Below, piece after piece: positions 52,307 to 64,000 of a stretch of 64,000 nucleotides of DNA. The position numbers and the translations under genes are program-made. Every line of letters begins with the position of its first letter. Within the stretch, counting starts at the first letter, position 1. The notes under the pieces were generated by a model. The model ran no database searches and was not told the origin of the DNA. It was given only the letters and a program-made list of their open reading frames with translations. Source of the DNA: an uncultured Planctomycetaceae bacterium (lineage in GTDB: Bacteria; Planctomycetota; Planctomycetia; Planctomycetales; Planctomycetaceae). The stretch spans positions 124,001 to 188,000 of the forward strand of contig CAXBME010000003.1 in assembly GCA_963976765.1 (NCBI GenBank), given 5' to 3'.

Positions 52307-55300
52307 TCACTCGCCCATCGGATCGGCACCGGACTGACCAGACAGGTCAGACAGGTACTCTGGCGACGAGACTCGATCCAGTTCAGCTTTGGCAGTGGCA
52401 AGCCTCGCGGCGATGTCCAGCTGCTCGGCCTCGCGTCTGGATTCAGGTCGCACAATGAAGTCGGACAGCGTTTTCACATGCCGAGTCCACAGGGCAATAT
52501 CTCGACGCTGCTGAGTTTCCAGTCGCGCCTTGTACCAGTCAGATACGAGCATTGACTCAAGCGTGAACATCGATCGAATTTCCGGAGCATCCAGACCTCG
52601 TCCTTCAAACTTCCCCTGCACCATGATGTGCAGCAGCGCTTTGAGCGGCGGGCAGGCCTGATCGACTGAGCCGTCTTCGAAGTACGCTTTGGCGACTCTT
52701 TCGTGTGCCTCAGTGATGTATTTCACTCCGTCCGCAAAAGCGTCAAGGTTTTGACTCTCCGGCTTAAGGATTGCCTCGTCGAAGACCTTGTTTGGGTTGT
52801 CGAAAACTCGACCAGCGTAGTGACGGATGAATCGCGAGGTGATGCGGTATCCGAGCCGGCTGGCCGGGATGATTTCGCCATTGTGCTCGAAGTCCTGAAT
52901 TCGCTCCATCAGCTTGTTTTCGATCATGTGCTCCGGTCGACGTTCTTCCGGACTGAGCCGACACCAGATCTCCGGAATCAGCAGGCTGATGTCGTGGTCG
53001 ACCTGAATGTCCGGACCGATGTGGCCAGCTGGTGTTGAGAAACCGGCCAGCCCGGTCAGCAGGTAACTGACCAGAGCATTGTTGAGATCAGTAATCGGCA
53101 GCACCGCATTGAACGGTCCTTTGGTGAGCGCTCCTTCGCTGCCGGCGCCTGTCGTCGACGGACTCTTTCCCGTGAGCGAGCAGACAAAATCCATGAACAG
53201 CTCAGGCAGTTCCTGGTAATGGATGGGGTTGTAAACGGCGAGCGGTCGAATGCCTTTGTTGTAGTCAGGCGGATTGTTGCGGCGACCAAACAGGACGGCG
53301 TGGACAGGGATGTGGACAGGGTCGTCTTTCGGTACAGCCCGGTAGAGTCGAACGCCCATTTTCGCAACATGATTCGGCATCGCGTCGATCATGTCCGGAC
53401 GGGTCTGCAGATAACGCGGATTCTTACTTGGTTGCCCATCGATCATGCGCGGCGTGGCTGAGCAAACGACGTAGCCATGTTCGGACTCGCGCATGTCGCG
53501 CATCAGCTGCTGCATCGGCGCAGTAAATTTACTCAGGTCGACAGCGTAGTCACAGATTTCGTTGACCTGAGCCTGCGACAGAGGTTCAAAGTTGACGATG
53601 AAATTGTCGTCGCGCGCGAGGTCCGATTCACATTGTTTATCAAGACCTCGGTGGACAGCGTCGTCAGGTCTCTGAAAGAGTCGAAATTCGCAGTTCTCGA
53701 CAAACTTGTAGCTGTTTGCCGGCAACGTCACGTTTCCGATGCGACTTAATTTTCGGCCAGGCACGACCACGGAAACACTGATGTCGTCCTCAGTCTGAAT
53801 TTTGTCGGCAGCCGCGAAGTCCTGGCGGAGTTTGAATGTCCGCCAACTGTTTTCTCCAACAAATCCGACTCGCAAGTAATCGCCGACAAGCTTACGACCA
53901 TTGTACTTCAGTTCGTGGCCGGGCGAGCCATTGACAATGTCAACGGCGAAGTTTTCCCGCCAGCTTGTGTTCGCGTCTCCACGATGGAATCGTTTGATGA
54001 TGAAGACAAGAGCGTAAATATAGTCGGGAAGCGACTTCAGCCAGTCGTTGTACTCTTCTGTGTAATCGACTGAGGGAGTCAGCAGTTTGATCACGCTGCC
54101 GAGTGATCGGTTTGCGGCCAGAACCTTTCGACTTGGTTCCTGAGTGTAGTCCGGCTTGATCGTTCCATCCGGTCGCCAGCGGTCCGAGTAATCCTTGTCG
54201 AATATCGTCTGCACGAGATCAAGGTCGCTTTCAACGTTGGCGACGAAGATCGGGCCGTACAGAACATAGTCTACGACAGACTTGCTGATTTCACTTTTTC
54301 CGCCGCCACTGACCGTGCAGGGTTTGTGACAGAAGACGCCTTCAAACAACGTGCCGATCAGACGCCACGTTGGAGCGGATGGGTGCTTCTCCAGTCGGAA
54401 CCGATAGCCCGAAGGCAGCATGTAGACTTTGCCCGGTTTCAGCGGAATTGACTGTTCACCAGAGTCGTTCTGCCAGGTAATTTTCTGGCCGTGAACGGTC
54501 GCTTTCGAATTCTCCGGGATGTAGATCAGATTCGGGAATCGACGATCCTTTGCGTAGCCCTTTGAAAAAACTTTCAGCCAGTCGTTGCCGTATTCATTCA
54601 CGACATCGGCGAACGTCCGGTCGTTGTGCCGGCGTTTCTCTGCATTGAACTCGTCGCCCAGGTTGACACTCGCAAATGCGATAGCACCGCCGGCGTGTTC
54701 TTCCTCGACGCCGCCAAACAGATTGGCTGCGTAGCTGATCTGAGTTTTGACTTCCTTCTTACAGTAGCCAAAGTAGTTGTCTGCAATCAGCGTGACAATG
54801 ACGCCTTCAGCCGTACGGCACGTCAGCTTGAACGGTGTACCGTTGTTGTAGAATTCGTCCTCCGATTTCCAGCACATGCCGTCTTCCCGCTGGCGTTCGG
54901 TGGCATCGTCGTAGTGAGGAAGCCCAACGTCTTTCTTGCGAAGCAACAACAGATGCGGAGCGAGAATTACGCAGCCGGTGTGTCCGGTCCAGTGTTCGAT
55001 GTCCAGGCCGGCGTCGTTTTCCGGCAGGAATGGATCGCCCGCGTTGCCGAAGATTGATTCGACAAAGTCCAGATTGCTGACGAGCGACCCTGGAGCGAAG
55101 AAACGAACTTCCATTCGCTTTTCAGAGCACACTCCTTTGACCTCAGGACAGACCAGCGGACGCAGCAGCAAGGACACGAACGAGCGTGCTGGTTCTGAGC
55201 CAGTCGACGTGAAAGGAAGTTCCATCGTGTCATCGGGAGCGTCGAACGCCGCCTTGAACAAGGCGGCGAATGTGACCTGCGGAACGGCTCGCTTGTCGCG

Positions 55301-55783
55301 GGGAATCGGCAGGCCACCTTCGGTAACGTGAAATGTTCCACTGGTTGTTCGGCGGTCGTGCTGAGGGTTATGCAGCACTCCGTTCTTCACGCGGTAAGAC
55401 GAAACGAGCGAATTCCGATATTCGGCGCGGTCAATAGGCAATGACAGTTCACGAGCAATTCCGTGTCGGTCGAGGATCAGCGTTGAATCCGGAAGCCGCA
55501 GCGGGGTCGCGAGCTTCAATCCCGAAAAGTGGCTGTCCAGGAAGGCCTCGATCCGAGCGTCGACCGGAGACCGGACCTCATCCAGCCGCTTCAGTCTCTG
55601 GTGGTACGAGCCGAGCAGCCGTTCTGCGTCGAGAGATTGTTTGGCAAAGTCAGGAGTATCCGGATGAGGCAGACCCATCGCGATCAACTTCAGAACGATA
55701 TAGCGAATGACGCGCTCGCGTTCGGCGTCTCGATTACTGCCTGAACCTTCAGCACTTATGCCCAGCGACTCAGCAAAGTCCAT
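52307..55783 (-). CDS. PPi-dependent phosphoenolpyruvate carboxykinase (PEP carboxytransphosphorylase)
   Basis: 1158 aa; HNP..DRRTT, ADNYFGYCKKEVKTQISY, HKPCTVSGGGKSEISK, EDDISVS, RLFQRPDDA, GKSPSTTGAGSEGALTK motifs. Confidence 0.85.
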   Translation of the reverse strand: MDFAESLGISAEGSGSNRDAERERVIRYIVLKLIAMGLPHPDTPDFAKQSLDAERLLGSYHQRLKRLDEVRSPVDARIEAFLDSHFSGLKLATPLRLPDSTLILDRHGIARELSLPIDRAEYRNSLVSSYRVKNGVLHNPQHDRRTTSGTFHVTEGGLPIPRDKRAVPQVTFAALFKAAFDAPDDTMELPFTSTGSEPARSFVSLLLRPLVCPEVKGVCSEKRMEVRFFAPGSLVSNLDFVESIFGNAGDPFLPENDAGLDIEHWTGHTGCVILAPHLLLLRKKDVGLPHYDDATERQREDGMCWKSEDEFYNNGTPFKLTCRTAEGVIVTLIADNYFGYCKKEVKTQISYAANLFGGVEEEHAGGAIAFASVNLGDEFNAEKRRHNDRTFADVVNEYGNDWLKVFSKGYAKDRRFPNLIYIPENSKATVHGQKITWQNDSGEQSIPLKPGKVYMLPSGYRFRLEKHPSAPTWRLIGTLFEGVFCHKPCTVSGGGKSEISKSVVDYVLYGPIFVANVESDLDLVQTIFDKDYSDRWRPDGTIKPDYTQEPSRKVLAANRSLGSVIKLLTPSVDYTEEYNDWLKSLPDYIYALVFIIKRFHRGDANTSWRENFAVDIVNGSPGHELKYNGRKLVGDYLRVGFVGENSWRTFKLRQDFAAADKIQTEDDISVSVVVPGRKLSRIGNVTLPANSYKFVENCEFRLFQRPDDAVHRGLDKQCESDLARDDNFIVNFEPLSQAQVNEICDYAVDLSKFTAPMQQLMRDMRESEHGYVVCSATPRMIDGQPSKNPRYLQTRPDMIDAMPNHVAKMGVRLYRAVPKDDPVHIPVHAVLFGRRNNPPDYNKGIRPLAVYNPIHYQELPELFMDFVCSLTGKSPSTTGAGSEGALTKGPFNAVLPITDLNNALVSYLLTGLAGFSTPAGHIGPDIQVDHDISLLIPEIWCRLSPEERRPEHMIENKLMERIQDFEHNGEIIPASRLGYRITSRFIRHYAGRVFDNPNKVFDEAILKPESQNLDAFADGVKYITEAHERVAKAYFEDGSVDQACPPLKALLHIMVQGKFEGRGLDAPEIRSMFTLESMLVSDWYKARLETQQRRDIALWTRHVKTLSDFIVRPESRREAEQLDIAARLATAKAELDRVSSPEYLSDLSGQSGADPMGE

Positions 55784-56010
55784 GAAGAACCCTTCTATTT
55801 AATTTTCTTATTGAAACTCTTTGTTGAGGATGTCCGCACCGGTCGCGAAATTCAGCCCGAAACAGCTTGAGGAACGACAAAGGGGCGATTTATCGATTCC
55901 AGCACGCGTCGGCGAATTCTTTTGAATCCGGTCTGCATCGTCCGACCGTGACCTGATCGCTGACGGACGCTTTCCCTGTTAGCCCCTGTTCCGTTCTGAC
56001 CCGACGGCAA

Positions 56011-56026
56011 CGCGAAACGAGTGCCA
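56011..56026 (-). promoter_or_regulatory. Candidate sigma54 promoter for PPi-PEPCK
   Basis: TGGCACTCGTTTCGCG (GG-N10-GC) on the minus strand, ~230 bp upstream of the start. Confidence 0.5.
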
Positions 56027-56153
56027 ATTGAAATCAGACTGCCAGGAATTAATTACGTCCCCTCAAGGGACTTGCTCTCTGACTGCGCTCCGAGCCTGGG
56101 AAACCGACGTTTCAGTTTGATTGTGCTTCTCGTCGAGGCGGAAGTGTAACGAA

Positions 56154-56795
56154 TCAGGAATCGAGTGTCGCTCGATCGGGCGAGGCAAGAGTCCGTAGAA
56201 TTCGCTCGTAGTCGCCAGGCGTGTCCAGGTCAGTCAGAATCGACGCCGAATCGACCGAAAAACTGCGTATCCGAACGTTTGGAGCAGCCTGTAGCCAGTT
56301 GAGTCCACAATCGTCGGGAATTTCACTCAGTCGATTAGTCAGTGCCCATCGGAAAAATGCCGGATGCCCGTTCTGGTTGCCGTGCTGAGGGATCAGAATA
56401 TCTGACTCAGTCGTTTGCCAGGCGTCGATCAGCACACTCAGAACTCTGGAATCAAGAACCGGATGGTCAGCCGGGATCAGCATCCAGCCACTCTGAGAAT
56501 CTGGAGAATGCAGAGCTCTGACCGAGTCGATCGCGTGTTCGACGCTCGTCCGCATATCAGGCGGATCGATCTCGGGCTGAACAGTTCGGACATTGGAAAA
56601 GTTCAGTGAAGCGATCGCGCGTGCCAGCCCGTCGTCGCCGCGTCGAATAACGACAATCGTCTCGTCGACGGCGGGGTGCGACAACGTTGTCAGCAGCCGT
56701 TCGATAACGGTTTTGCCGCCGAGGTCCATGACAAGTTTCGGTTGCCCCATCCGGCGGCTCAGCCCGGCAGCCGGAACGATCGCAAAAAGCGACAT
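56154..56795 (-). CDS. MobA/MocA-like NTP transferase
   Basis: AAGLSRRMGQPKL, PADHP, GHPAFF, DLDTPGDY. Confidence 0.88.
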   Translation of the reverse strand: MSLFAIVPAAGLSRRMGQPKLVMDLGGKTVIERLLTTLSHPAVDETIVVIRRGDDGLARAIASLNFSNVRTVQPEIDPPDMRTSVEHAIDSVRALHSPDSQSGWMLIPADHPVLDSRVLSVLIDAWQTTESDILIPQHGNQNGHPAFFRWALTNRLSEIPDDCGLNWLQAAPNVRIRSFSVDSASILTDLDTPGDYERILRTLASPDRATLDS

Positions 56796-56878
56796 GATGG
56801 TTACTCTTTCGGCTGTCCCGTATCCAGTTTCTTTGATTCGTCGGTGTGACGAGTGAAGCAGAACCTGAAAGGCGTCCC

Positions 56879-57766
56879 ATGACAATGCAACGACGACGAT
56901 TTCTCACAACCTCTGCCGGAGCCGCTGCTGGCGTATTGTGCAGAGCGAACGGACAGTCTCAACTCGTGGCGGCAGACTCAAAGTCAGCAGCCAGCAGGAT
57001 GCGGCTCGGACTGGTGACTTACAACTGGGGCAAAGACTGGGACGTTCCCACCATCATCCAGAATTGCGAAGCGACCGGCTTCGAGGGCGTCGAACTTCGC
57101 AGCACACACAAACACGGAGTCGAAATTTCAATCGACGCGAAACACCGCGAGGAAGTCCGGCGTCAGTTTGCGGATTCGAAGATCGAACTGGTCGGACTCG
57201 GCAGCGCCTGCGAATACCACTCCCCCGATCCGGCCATCGTGAAGAAGAACATCGAAGAGACCAAAGCGTTCGTGAAGCTTTGCAGAGACGTCGGTGGCAG
57301 CGGAGTGAAAGTTCGTCCGAACGGAATCCCGAAGGACGTCCCCATCGAAAAAACACTGGAGCAGATCGGCAGGTCTCTGCGCGAAGTCGCGGAGTTTGGA
57401 GCCGACTACGGAGTGGCCATCCGAGTCGAAGTGCACGGTCGGGATGGCTCGGCCGAATTGCCAAACATTCACCGCATGATGGAAGTCGCCGATCACCCCA
57501 ACGCCGTCGTCTGCTGGAACTGCAACCCGACCGACCTCAACGGCGAAGGCCTGAAGCACAACTTCGACTTGGTCAAAGAAAAGATCGGCACGGTCCACAT
57601 CCATGATCTCCGTTCGACCAGCTATCCGTGGAAAGAAATCTTCAGCCTGCTGAAAGGATCGAACTTCTCCGGCTGGACGCTGCTTGAAGACGGCAAGGTT
57701 CCCACCAACCCCCTCGCCGCCATGCACGAAAACCGGGCAATCTGGAATCAACTGGCTGTGTTCTAA
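56879..57766 (+). CDS. Sugar-phosphate isomerase/epimerase (xylose isomerase-like TIM barrel) with Tat signal
   Basis: RRRFL; GVELR; RVEVHG; VHIHD; LLE. Confidence 0.82.
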   Translation: MTMQRRRFLTTSAGAAAGVLCRANGQSQLVAADSKSAASRMRLGLVTYNWGKDWDVPTIIQNCEATGFEGVELRSTHKHGVEISIDAKHREEVRRQFADSKIELVGLGSACEYHSPDPAIVKKNIEETKAFVKLCRDVGGSGVKVRPNGIPKDVPIEKTLEQIGRSLREVAEFGADYGVAIRVEVHGRDGSAELPNIHRMMEVADHPNAVVCWNCNPTDLNGEGLKHNFDLVKEKIGTVHIHDLRSTSYPWKEIFSLLKGSNFSGWTLLEDGKVPTNPLAAMHENRAIWNQLAVF

Positions 57767-58448
57767 TTGAGGCAGACGTGACTCGACATTTGATAAATTG
57801 AATTAGAAATTTCCGGACGTTTTGGTACAGCCCTCTGGTTCCCGCATCGAGACAAGAACCAAACAACGCGAACGGCATGATAATCTCGCGGCATCAGTTG
57901 CTGTGCCCCTCAGGCTGCTGGGCGAAAATTACTCCGGCAAGTTGAGTCACCGCGGCTGGAGTGTCGACGGTCAATTCGAGCGGGCACTGCATCAGCAGTG
58001 GCAGGCTGCCACAGACTGCTTGTTGCCAGGCATCCGCACGAAGCGGACGCTTCGACTGATGAATCCTGCGAGCCTCTCCAGCTTCCGGTCGTGCCGGCTG
58101 ATGCGTCGCTGTCATGAGCTGCCGGAGACCGCTTTTGGTAGAGCGGGCAATTTCCTCGTGCGGTGCTGGACCTGCTCCGGAAATCGGTGACGGCCCGTGA
58201 TCGTTATCAAGATGAACCTGACCACACTGACGCCAGCCCAATATCAGCCCGCAAACAAGCACACCAGAAGTAAGCAAGAGTTGAAATCAGAGGCATCAAT
58301 CAGTCCGCAGCCAATATATCAAATGTCAACTAACGGCGTATGAGCAGTGCGAAGGTCACGGACGCGGATGTTGATGGCACGTGGACAGCGAACAGCTCGT
58401 CATTTAGGCTCCGCGCGTTGTTTCGATGAATCAGAAGGAGCGGTTGAG

Positions 58449-59801
58449 ATGGTGGAACGGATTCTTAGCATTTCTGGCTTGCGCGGAGTGATTGGGGACG
58501 GGCTTGATCCTCAATACCTGGTTCGTTTTGCGTCGGCACTGGGGACGATGTTTGACGGTGGGACGGTGGTTGTCAGTCGTGACGGACGCTCGACCGGGTC
58601 GATGGTTAAGCATGCAGTGATTTCGGCTCTGACAGCAACCGGCTGCAAAGTCGTGGACGCGGGAATCGCGACAACGCCGACGTGCGGAGTTCTCGTTACG
58701 CATCTAAAAGCAGCTGGAGGCTTGCAGATTACGGCGAGCCATAACCCGGTTCAGTGGAACGGCCTGAAACCGTTCTCACCAGATGGATCGGTTTTCAATC
58801 GCGAACTCGGCGAGAAGCTGATCGGACTGATTGAGTCCCAGAAATTCAACTACGTTTCGTGGGACCGGCTTGGCGACATCGAAGTCTGCGACGACCCAGC
58901 AGCTCCGCACATCGAACGCGTGCTGAAACTGGTCAACACCGACGCGATCAAAACTCGAAAGTTCAAAGTCGTCCTGGACTGCAATCATGGATCGGGTGCG
59001 GTGTCGACTCCGAGATTGCTGCGGGAAGAACTTGGCTGCGAAGTCGTGGTGCTCGGCGACACTCCCGACGGGAAGTTTGAGCACATTCCTGAACCGACGG
59101 AAGCCAATCTTGGCGGACTATGCAACGCTGTACGCGAAGCCGGAGCGGACGTGGGATTCGCCCAGGATCCTGACGCCGATCGTCTGGCCATTGTCGACAA
59201 CAACGGTCGATACATCGGCGAAGAACTGACTTTGGCCCTGGCCGCCGACCATGTCCTGGCTCGCACGCCGGGCGAGTTTGTCGTCAACGGTTCGACCAGC
59301 CGGGTTAATGCGGACATCGCTGCCAATCACAATTCGCAGTTCCATCGTTCAGCTGTCGGCGAGGCAAACGTCACGGCGATGATGAAAGAGAAGAACGCCA
59401 TCCTGGGCGGAGAAGGCAACGGAGGAGTCATCGAACCGAAGGTCGGGTACGTCCGAGACAGTTTCGTTTCAATGGCCTACGTGCTTGACGGTCTAGCCAG
59501 TGGCAGCCGGACACTCGCCGAATGGGCAGACTCGCTGCCGAGTTACTCGATCATCAAAGACAAGATCACCTGTCCGGCCGATCGAGTCGGGGCCGCCTGC
59601 GAAGCGCTTCAGACTGCGTATCCGGATGCGGAAGCGACAACCGGCGACGGCCTGCGACTCGACTGGTCCGACCGCTGGGTCCAGGTTCGAGCCAGCAATA
59701 CCGAACCGATCATTCGAATCATCGCCGAAGCTCCGGGCTCAGACGTGGCGACAAAACTATGTGCGGATGCAGTGGCGACAGTGAAAGCGGCAGTGTCCTG
59801 A
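58449..59801 (+). CDS. Alpha-D-phosphohexomutase (PMM/PGM/GlmM family)
   Basis: SISGLRG, ITASHNP, DPDADR, GEGNGG, RASNTEP. Confidence 0.93.
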   Translation: MVERILSISGLRGVIGDGLDPQYLVRFASALGTMFDGGTVVVSRDGRSTGSMVKHAVISALTATGCKVVDAGIATTPTCGVLVTHLKAAGGLQITASHNPVQWNGLKPFSPDGSVFNRELGEKLIGLIESQKFNYVSWDRLGDIEVCDDPAAPHIERVLKLVNTDAIKTRKFKVVLDCNHGSGAVSTPRLLREELGCEVVVLGDTPDGKFEHIPEPTEANLGGLCNAVREAGADVGFAQDPDADRLAIVDNNGRYIGEELTLALAADHVLARTPGEFVVNGSTSRVNADIAANHNSQFHRSAVGEANVTAMMKEKNAILGGEGNGGVIEPKVGYVRDSFVSMAYVLDGLASGSRTLAEWADSLPSYSIIKDKITCPADRVGAACEALQTAYPDAEATTGDGLRLDWSDRWVQVRASNTEPIIRIIAEAPGSDVATKLCADAVATVKAAVS

Positions 59802-59988
59802 CAGGATATTTACCGCTGATCGGCGCTGATTTTTCCCGTATAAATCTCCGTCGATCAGCAGCCATCGGCAGCCAGGTCATAGGGAATGATTTCTGGTAGT
59901 TTTTCAGGCCGGAATGAGTAAAACGGCGTTCCAACTGCTCGAATTGTATTTGGCTGGCGGTCTGGACGATTTTCAAGATCGACTCATT

Positions 59989-61005
59989 ATGCGAATTGTT
60001 GTTGCGGGAGCGACGGTCAGTACTCATCAGACTCTTGATGCTCTGATTCGCCACGGCGCGAACGTCGTCGGAGTTCTGCAGCTGCGCAACGCGTCTTCGC
60101 ACACGGTGACTGCTTTTTCGCCGCTCGACGAGCTGGCTGAAACTCACGGGATTCCGTGTGCGACGTTTCGAAACATCAACGACGCTACCATTGTCGAACA
60201 GGTTCGACGATGGCAGCCTGACCTGATGTTCGTGGTCGGGCTCTCGCAGCTTGTTCGCGACGAAATGATGTCGATTCCGAAACGCGGCTGCGTGGGATTT
60301 CATCCGACGTTTCTGCCGGCTGGACGAGGCAGAGCCCCCCTGGCCTGGCTGACACTCGATGCAAAACCGGGAGCGGCGACATTCTTTCTGATCGACGAAG
60401 GAGTTGATTCCGGGCCGATCTTTGTGCAGGAAACGTTCGAGGTTTCTTCGGGCGACTATGCAGCGGACGTTGAGCAGAAACTGATCGAGACCACGGGGCG
60501 GGCGCTTAACCGCTGGCTGCCCGAACTGCTTTCTGGAGTCTGGAACCCTCGGCCTCAGAATGAGATTCTGGCATCTTACAATGGTCGGCGCAGTCTCGAC
60601 GACGGCCTGCTGGACTGGCATCAGTCAAGTGGCGAGCTTCACGCACTGATTCGCGCGGCATCGAAGCCGCACCCCGGAGCGTATACCTGGCATCAGGGAC
60701 GCAAGCTGATCGTGTGGCGAGCCGAGCTGGAGAAGCACCTTCCCTGGCGAGGTACCGTCGGACGAGTTCTCCATACAGAACCGGAACGTGGTGCCCTGAT
60801 TCAAACCGGCAACGGCCTGCTGTGGCTGACCCGCGTGCAGTTTGTAGAGAACGCCGAGCCGCGTCCGGCTGAAGCTGTTTTGAAAGTCGGAGTGAAGCTT
60901 GGCTTCGTTCTGCAGGATGAAGTCGCCGCGCTTCGGACTCGCGTTGAGGAGCTTGAGTTGCGACTCAGCAAACTTGAAGACGCGAACGACGTCGCTCCAC
61001 AGTAG
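59989..61005 (+). CDS. Fmt/ArnA-like formyltransferase with C-terminal coiled-coil tail
   Basis: GFHPTFLPAGRGRAP, DEGVDSGPI, IRAASKPHPGAYT. Confidence 0.82.
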   Translation: MRIVVAGATVSTHQTLDALIRHGANVVGVLQLRNASSHTVTAFSPLDELAETHGIPCATFRNINDATIVEQVRRWQPDLMFVVGLSQLVRDEMMSIPKRGCVGFHPTFLPAGRGRAPLAWLTLDAKPGAATFFLIDEGVDSGPIFVQETFEVSSGDYAADVEQKLIETTGRALNRWLPELLSGVWNPRPQNEILASYNGRRSLDDGLLDWHQSSGELHALIRAASKPHPGAYTWHQGRKLIVWRAELEKHLPWRGTVGRVLHTEPERGALIQTGNGLLWLTRVQFVENAEPRPAEAVLKVGVKLGFVLQDEVAALRTRVEELELRLSKLEDANDVAPQ

Positions 61006-61060
61006 GGTGGCATTGCCCCCCATGACACATGAACGCCATGGTGGACGGAGCCCACCCTAC
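61002..61060. repeat. GTAG-type REP doublet (REPIN-like)
   Basis: GTAGGGTGG ... CCACCCTAC; its TAG is the stop codon of the formyltransferase. Confidence 0.7.
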
Positions 61061-61076
61061 CGTTTTTTCCGCTCAG

Positions 61077-62600
<1,524 letters not shown>

Positions 62601-62680
62601 TGCTCCTGCTCACTTTCTATCTGTTGCTCTAACTCGTGCTTTGTAGGCGTATTATTGGGAAGGTTTGTCGCCTTCGCAGA

Positions 62681-62735
62681 GTGCGTCTTGACGCACCTTT
62701 CCGATGCAACGGTTCATGGTGCGTCAAGACGCACC
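62681..62735. repeat. REP doublet
   Basis: GTGCGTCTTGACGCACC and inverted GGTGCGTCAAGACGCACC. Confidence 0.75.
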
Positions 62736-62746
62736 ATGATCAAGTT

Positions 62747-64000
62747 CTAACTCCTGGCCGCTACTGCCTCAGCAGCCTGTTCTGCAGCCAGTTCTTCCAG
62801 TGCTCTCTTATAGTCCCGCGGCATTACTCGAATGAATTTCGGGAGAGACTCATTCCAGTTGTCGAGGATTTCTGCGGCGACCGTCGAGCCTGTGTAATTG
62901 CTGTGTTTTTCGATCAGCTCTTTCAGCTCGGCGATATCTTCGTCGGTTTCGACCGGATCGAGATCGACCAGCCCCAGGTTGCAGTTCAAACGGAACTTCT
63001 CTTTGTCTTCGGCAAAGACGTACGCAACTCCGCCGGACATACCTGCTGCAAAGTTGCGGCCGGTCTGACCGAGTACGACGACTCGACCGCCGGTCATGTA
63101 CTCCAGGCCATGGTCGCCGACACCTTCGATAACAGCTCGTGCGCCTGAGTTGCGGACGCAGAATCGCTCAGCGGCCACGCCCCGGAAGAAGGCTTCGCCC
63201 TCGGTCGCGCCATACAGGGCGACGTTTCCGATGATGATGTTTTCTTCTGGTTTAAACGTTGAGGCTTTGGGCGGATAGATAATGACCCGACCGCCAGACA
63301 GTCCCTTGCCCACGTAGTCGTTGGCGTCGCCTTCAAGTTCGATCGTGACTCCCGATGCCAGCCACGCTCCCAGGCTCTGTCCGGCGGAACCTTTGGCGTC
63401 AATGTGAATCGTGTCGTCTGGCAGGCCGTGTTCGCCGTGCTTCTTTGATACCTCGTGACTGAGCGTCGTCCCGAAGGCCCGGTCGATATTCTGGATCTCC
63501 ATGTCAAAGCGAACCGGAGTTCCTTCGTGGATTGCGCTCCATGCCTTTTTGATCAGCTCATTATCCAGAACTTCTTCCAATCCATGATTTTGAGCGACCG
63601 TGCAATAGGTGCCGACGTTTTCGTGAGGCTTGACCGCTGGCGTCAGGATTGGCGTCAGGTCGATCCCTTTTGCTTTCCAGTGGTCAACAGCGTCGTCGAT
63701 TTCAAGCGCTTCCACGTGGCCGACCATTTCGTTGATCGTGCGGAAGCCAAGCTGCGCCATGATCTCGCGAGCTTCCTCCGCGACCATGAACAGGTAGTTG
63801 ATGACGTGTTCCGGCTTGCCGGCAAACTTTTTGCGAAGCTCCGGATCCTGTGTCGCGATGCCGACCGGGCAGGTGTTGAGATGGCACTTCCGCATCATGA
63901 TACAGCCCATCGTGATGAGCGGAGCGGTTGCAAAACCAAACTCTTCAGCCCCCAGCAGCGCGGCGATGACCAGGTCACGACCGGTTTTAATCTGACCGTC
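62747..64000 (-). CDS. gltB: Glutamate synthase large subunit, C-terminal part (runs off window end)
   Basis: [30 protein letters not shown] domain ([18 protein letters not shown]). Confidence 0.97.
   Translation of the reverse strand, partial: DGQIKTGRDLVIAALLGAEEFGFATAPLITMGCIMMRKCHLNTCPVGIATQDPELRKKFAGKPEHVINYLFMVAEEAREIMAQLGFRTINEMVGHVEALEIDDAVDHWKAKGIDLTPILTPAVKPHENVGTYCTVAQNHGLEEVLDNELIKKAWSAIHEGTPVRFDMEIQNIDRAFGTTLSHEVSKKHGEHGLPDDTIHIDAKGSAGQSLGAWLASGVTIELEGDANDYVGKGLSGGRVIIYPPKASTFKPEENIIIGNVALYGATEGEAFFRGVAAERFCVRNSGARAVIEGVGDHGLEYMTGGRVVVLGQTGRNFAAGMSGGVAYVFAEDKEKFRLNCNLGLVDLDPVETDEDIAELKELIEKHSNYTGSTVAAEILDNWNESLPKFIRVMPRDYKRALEELAAEQAAEAVAARS

Noticed and set aside
57894..58277. 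127-aa minus-strand ORF in a 680-bp gap
   Set aside because: TTG start without RBS and no recognisable domain; cannot support it, though a small membrane-anchored protein is not excluded
62733..62750. Possible fourth TTAG-repeat copy at the gltB stop (TTAGAACTTGATCATGGT)
   Set aside because: Similarity is limited to 18 bp and partly explained by the adjacent REP

Overview
A ~57% GC chromosomal segment from a planctomycete, inferred from lineage-typical families (DUF1501, DUF1549/1553, DUF1552/DUF1592, DUF4159, sulfatases, Tat-exported Gfo/Idh/MocA proteins, BlaI/M56). It mixes core genes (pnp, rpsO, nadC, dusB, lpdA, gltBD, cinA, larB, tRNA-Ser) with the end of a surface-polysaccharide locus (wecB plus three glycosyltransferases), hydrolases and transporters, a KS-ACP pair and a PPi-dependent PEPCK. 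I found no integrase, transposase, prophage or CRISPR array. The most unusual signals are non-coding or unannotated: (i) a candidate sigma54-driven ~80-nt sRNA with an upstream palindrome and a strong terminator (14.1-14.35 kb); (ii) a ~90-bp repeat present three times, each copy starting at TTAG whose TAG is the stop codon of the upstream gene; (iii) a ~530-nt GGA-hairpin-rich leader (CsrA-type?) before an HTH-receiver regulator; (iv) a 100-aa protein with no Lys/Arg and a 70-aa poly-Asp tail; (v) a BlaR1-like gene truncated right after HExxH while its BlaI and operators are intact; (vi) a sulfatase with a VHL-like domain; (vii) a CinA whose deamidase domain looks degenerate. All functional calls come from motif recognition by eye; no database searches were run.
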